Both the position numbers and the translations under genes were made by a program. A DNA stretch of 64,000 nucleotides from Candidatus Thermodiscus eudorianus. GTDB taxonomy: Archaea > Thermoproteota > Thermoprotei_A > Sulfolobales > Acidilobaceae. This document shows, piece by piece, positions 60,352 through 64,000 of the stretch (position 1 is the stretch's first letter; each line of letters starts with the position of its first letter). The stretch is from the NCBI GenBank assembly GCA_015521085.1, contig WAOW01000003.1:31904-95903 (forward strand), read 5' to 3'. Under the pieces are notes generated by a model. The model was not told the DNA's origin. It searched no databases and worked only from the letters and a program-made list of their open reading frames with translations.

Positions 60352-63300
60352 CTATATTGGTGTTGGCGCTCCGCTTGGCGGTGAGGTTAGCCATGGCGAG
60401 TAGTTGATCATGCTGGTGTTGCCGGCTAGCGCGTCTCCGCTACCGGATGGGTTGAGTACTGGATCGTATGGACCGCTCGGGTCTCCCCAGTAGTTGGACC
60501 CGGCGTCTATGTAGCCGAAGTCCCAGACTCCGGCTCCCCAGTCGCTGTTGCCCTCGATCCAGCCGTTGTTGAAGTATACCGTTGCGTATCCGAATACGCT
60601 TATTCCCCTCCTGTTGTGGTATAGCGTCGAGGAGTCAGCGTATACCTGGGTGTTCTCGAAGGCTGCTATTCCCTCCCATGTGCTGTTCTCTATCAGCACC
60701 CTGTCTAGGTACGCTATGGAGTTGCCCCAGACTGAGACGCCCCATGTGCTTGAGAGTATCGTTGAGTTGGTGAAGCTGCCGACAGCGTTGTCTAGTAGTA
60801 TCACTCCAGAGCCAGTACTGTTCTCTACTAGCAGGTAGTTGAAGCTGCCCGTGGAGGACTGGAATAGCGCTACTCCAGCCCACGCCGGGTTCTCTATCGT
60901 CACATAGGACGCCGTTATGTTGGCGTTGTCGTAGCCGTGTATACCTGTTATTCCAGGCGCCTCTATCCTAACCATGTACGCGTCTAGCGTGGTCTGGGCT
61001 GTTACTATGATTCCCTCGTAGAGCGGCTCCTCTATGTAGGCCTCTGAGAGGCTTACCTTGGCGTTGCCTATTAGTCCCAGGCCTCTGCCGATGTTCTTGG
61101 CGTGGTAGTATTCAATGGCTACGCTTGAGTTCTCGGCTGCAAGCACTGCCTCCCATGGAGTGTTATAGACTGCCAGGTACATGGCATTGACCTTGGAGTT
61201 GCCGTAGGCTCCTAGCCCTATCCAGCTGGTGCCGTTCACCATGACGTTGGTCAGCTGCATCATGGAGTTCTCAATGGCTAGTATCGCGACGTTTCCAGCG
61301 TTCTCTATGGTTGCATTGGTTAGCTGTAGGCTTGACTCTAGCGCTGTGAAGACTCCGTATACGCCAGTGTCCATCACCGATACGTCCTCTATGACGCTGG
61401 TCGCCGAGGGGTCTGTGTTGAATAGCCCTATACCGGTTAGGCTTCCCGCTACTGTGCCGTACTTGGCGTATAGAGTGCCTGAGTCTGCTGTTAGGAGGCC
61501 GAAGTAGGTGTTACCAGCGGCGTAGAAGTAGTATACGTCTGCGTGCGAGCTTCCCCTAACGGCTATGCCGACGTCGTTGCCGGTTGCGGTTACATAGGCT
61601 GCGCTCATGGTGGAGCCTCCTATGAGTGTTATTCCTTCTGCGGCGTTGTTGGTTGCGGCGGTGTTGTAGGCTGTTATGCTTGAGTCAGCGGCTAGTATGC
61701 CCCAGTAGCTGTCGTGGAACATCGAGTTCCATACGTATACGTCTGAGGCGACTGCGTGTAGGCCTGCTCCGCTGGCGGCGTTGCCCGCTGTGACGTTCTC
61801 CATGTAGACTGTGCTCTGGGATACGCTTATCGCGTCTACCGGTGCCGCGTTGACTGTGAGGTTCGCCAGGTAGGCGTCGGTGGTGTTGACTATTTCTATC
61901 GCGGCTGTAGCCTGCGATGTCGAGTTGGCGGCTTCAACACCTATTGGCACGCTATCTCCTCCCATTATCGTGCCGATCTGCATGTTCTCTAGTATCACGT
62001 CCTTGGTGTTGCTTACTACGAAGGCGCTCGTCGTGTTGATTACAGGCGGGTTCTCCGGGTCTATACCGGTTATCCACAGCGGCTTGTCTATCACTACGCC
62101 AGTGTCGTTGTAGACTCCTGGGAAGACCATTATGACAGTGTATGGCGATGCCTGGGCTACTGCATCGCTTAGGGACGTGTAGTCGGCTCCGGATCCCGGC
62201 GGTCCTACTGTGACGGCTAGGAGTGAGACGTTGAACGCGCTATAGGCTGTCTCCTCCCTGTAGGCTACCGGGCCCTGGCTTCCCTCCACAGTGAAGTCTA
62301 CTGGCCCGATCGAGTTGAAGCTCGGCAGGTATGCTATGAACATGTAGACGCCGGTGTCTACCTGGCTTAGGTAGACGTTTGCGTCTTGCCCTAGGTGGTC
62401 TGTTATCGTCACATCTAGCGATGACGCGTTTACTGGGGAGAAGCTGGTGTCTAGGACCATTACTATACCGGTTATGTTTAGTGTCGAGTCACAGAGTATC
62501 TCTCCTCCAAGCACGTCCTGCTGGAATAGCACTAGGTACCTGTGTAGACCGTAGAGCTCTCCGTTCACCACCTTGTATACGACGTCGCTGTCTACGTATG
62601 TGGAGAGGTCTAGGTACGTGTAGTCGAATACCGATATCTCTAGTGTCCCGTTGGTCTGCGGTATGGTGAACACGTCGAAGTCATCTACATCGCTATCGTA
62701 TATCACGGTCCCGTTGAACCACACGGTCAGGTGGCCATAGTCGAACCAGAGCTGGTTGCCCAGGGCGTCCATGCCGAGATCCGTGTATATCACTCCGGGC
62801 AGGCCGTACATCGAGTAGTCGATCACGTGAGGCGCCTGCATTGGTAGCAGGCCGTAGCCCCAGTAGACTAGGTCTCCGGGCTCGATCAGCTTGTCGAAGT
62901 CGTCTACGAACGCTATGAACTTGCTCCATTCGATGTAGAACTCGGATACTATGCTGTTGCCCGTGAAGACCTCGATCCTCCTTATCGGGGCGTCTATCGG
63001 GAGGAAGTACGATATCGATATCGGGGCGAAGCTATCCAGTAGGAATACGTGCTGTGCCACATAGGAGTCCCAGTATGGGCTTCCATCTGTTCCGTAGTCT
63101 GTTATCCTGTAGCCAGCGTTGTCGTAGTCGGGGGTCACGGTCATTGGGGTCTGGGTCTTGTTTATTAGGATTGCCATGTCGTAGAAGTACGTTGAGTTGG
63201 CTACGTCGTAGCCTTCCGGCACGAACTTGGCTCTCCACTGGCTCATGAGCTCTGTCGGGGACACGTATACTACTGGGTTATCGGTTGCTCCTCCGAGGTA

Positions 63301-64000
63301 TCTGATGAATCCGACTACTACTGAGAAGTATGGGTCGTTCCATCCTAGCAGGTAGAAGTCCTCCCAGTAGGATGCGGCCATGCCTGCGTCGTAGACTAGT
63401 GGCTGTGTGTCTGAGGAGTTTAGGACCACGCTTGTATCGCTTGTCACGTTGACCTCCTTGACTACGTATGTTGGCTCGTCGCTGAGGTCGACTATCCAGA
63501 GTATGAAGTATTCTCCATCGTTCACGTATAGCGAGACGGTTCCATTGTCATCTGAGTAACCCATGAATGAGAATAGCTGTGCCTCTGTGAGCGTCGAGTA
63601 GCTCTTCTTGAATATTATCACTGTCTCCCAGGAGCCTGGTGTTCCGTCTGCGTATGTGAGGTTGACTTGTAGCTTGTTTAGTATTGATATCGAGTAGAGC
63701 CCCTTGTATATCTTGTTGGAGTGCCCGTCGACGAAGTATAGTTCTGCGATGTAGTATCCCTTTGCTGGGAAGGCTGTTGAGGGTATGGTGAACTGCACAG
63801 GCTTCGTCTCGTCTGCTCCCAGAGTTACTGATCCGGTGAAGTTATAGACCACTGCCTTGGTTAGGAAGTCGTAGATTATTCCGTTGATTGTCACGGTCTT
63901 GTTGACGGGCTCAAGGTTCTCTATGGAGAGCGATAGGTTTAGGCTCTCGTTTAGGCTCAGCATGAAGTTGTCTATTGCAGGGTCGACCAGTATCGTGGCG
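60352..64000 (-). CDS. very large secreted right-handed parallel beta-helix (PbH1/NosD-like) repeat protein; the 5' end runs beyond the right edge
   Basis: More than 1215 aa. The frame stays open from 63963 to 64000. The C-terminal ~600 aa have a ~22-residue periodicity (N.T/S..I.N...G) and the terminal NYWGDPSGPYDP...YSPWL motif typical of NosD-like helices. Dozens of N-x-S/T sequons. Confidence 0.8.
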   Translation of the reverse strand, partial: ATILVDPAIDNFMLSLNESLNLSLSIENLEPVNKTVTINGIIYDFLTKAVVYNFTGSVTLGADETKPVQFTIPSTAFPAKGYYIAELYFVDGHSNKIYKGLYSISILNKLQVNLTYADGTPGSWETVIIFKKSYSTLTEAQLFSFMGYSDDNGTVSLYVNDGEYFILWIVDLSDEPTYVVKEVNVTSDTSVVLNSSDTQPLVYDAGMAASYWEDFYLLGWNDPYFSVVVGFIRYLGGATDNPVVYVSPTELMSQWRAKFVPEGYDVANSTYFYDMAILINKTQTPMTVTPDYDNAGYRITDYGTDGSPYWDSYVAQHVFLLDSFAPISISYFLPIDAPIRRIEVFTGNSIVSEFYIEWSKFIAFVDDFDKLIEPGDLVYWGYGLLPMQAPHVIDYSMYGLPGVIYTDLGMDALGNQLWFDYGHLTVWFNGTVIYDSDVDDFDVFTIPQTNGTLEISVFDYTYLDLSTYVDSDVVYKVVNGELYGLHRYLVLFQQDVLGGEILCDSTLNITGIVMVLDTSFSPVNASSLDVTITDHLGQDANVYLSQVDTGVYMFIAYLPSFNSIGPVDFTVEGSQGPVAYREETAYSAFNVSLLAVTVGPPGSGADYTSLSDAVAQASPYTVIMVFPGVYNDTGVVIDKPLWITGIDPENPPVINTTSAFVVSNTKDVILENMQIGTIMGGDSVPIGVEAANSTSQATAAIEIVNTTDAYLANLTVNAAPVDAISVSQSTVYMENVTAGNAASGAGLHAVASDVYVWNSMFHDSYWGILAADSSITAYNTAATNNAAEGITLIGGSTMSAAYVTATGNDVGIAVRGSSHADVYYFYAAGNTYFGLLTADSGTLYAKYGTVAGSLTGIGLFNTDPSATSVIEDVSVMDTGVYGVFTALESSLQLTNATIENAGNVAILAIENSMMQLTNVMVNGTSWIGLGAYGNSKVNAMYLAVYNTPWEAVLAAENSSVAIEYYHAKNIGRGLGLIGNAKVSLSEAYIEEPLYEGIIVTAQTTLDAYMVRIEAPGITGIHGYDNANITASYVTIENPAWAGVALFQSSTGSFNYLLVENSTGSGVILLDNAVGSFTNSTILSSTWGVSVWGNSIAYLDRVLIENSTWEGIAAFENTQVYADSSTLYHNRRGISVFGYATVYFNNGWIEGNSDWGAGVWDFGYIDAGSNYWGDPSGPYDPVLNPSGSGDALAGNTSMINYSPWLTSPPSGAPTPI

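Noticed and set aside
1-64000. CRISPR arrays, rRNA genes, IS elements/transposases, integrases
   Set aside because: No spacer longer than about 470 nt exists, and none shows regularly spaced direct repeats. No ORF has DDE/tyrosine-recombinase-like motifs that I could recognise. Only one tRNA-like T-arm (GGTTCGAATCC) was found.

Overview
A densely packed 64-kb chromosomal segment from a GC-rich hyperthermophilic archaeon, most likely a crenarchaeote (Thermoprotei). This placement is an inference from gene content: reverse gyrase, ribosomal protein L38e, AGOG-type 8-oxoG glycosylase, aCPSF2-like beta-CASP nuclease, prefoldin alpha, an intron-containing tRNA-Ser, and a tungsten-type aldehyde:ferredoxin oxidoreductase with radical-SAM and MoeA partners. 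I support about 65 protein genes and one tRNA. There is no rRNA, no CRISPR array, and no recognisable transposase or integrase. Main blocks: (i) 1-13 kb holds a dispersed histidine-utilisation set (hutI, an arginase-family hutG candidate, hutU; no hutH in the window) with a DUF3311+SSF transporter pair and an HTH_10 regulator. hutI sits in a tightly overlapping operon with an IPMS/homocitrate-synthase-like gene, LeuCD-type dehydratase subunits and a family III CoA-transferase. (ii) 13-20 kb holds TusA-like + SufS-type desulfurase, a P1B ATPase, CBS proteins, two convergent nucleotidyltransferase paralogs and an AbrB/PhoU-like regulator. (iii) 20-34 kb holds reverse gyrase translationally coupled to a degenerate nitrilase-fold protein, N-glycan-type genes, a GTPase, ferredoxin and secreted BNR/Asp-box proteins. 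(iv) 34.6-39.1 kb is a visibly AT-richer accessory island with hicBA, a DUF2283/frameshifted-DUF4258 pair and a DUF5678-like + retropepsin-like cassette bracketed by a duplicated gene end. (v) 39-60 kb is housekeeping and catabolic genes. (vi) 60.3-64 kb is a very large secreted beta-helix protein that runs off the right edge. The most unusual sequence-level signal is an 11-bp palindrome, GAGGGWCCCTC, present 11 times, far above a base-composition expectation. It occurs in genes in several frames and in spacers, and twice sits directly against a TAG stop. All functional calls rest on motif recognition by eye; no database search was run.
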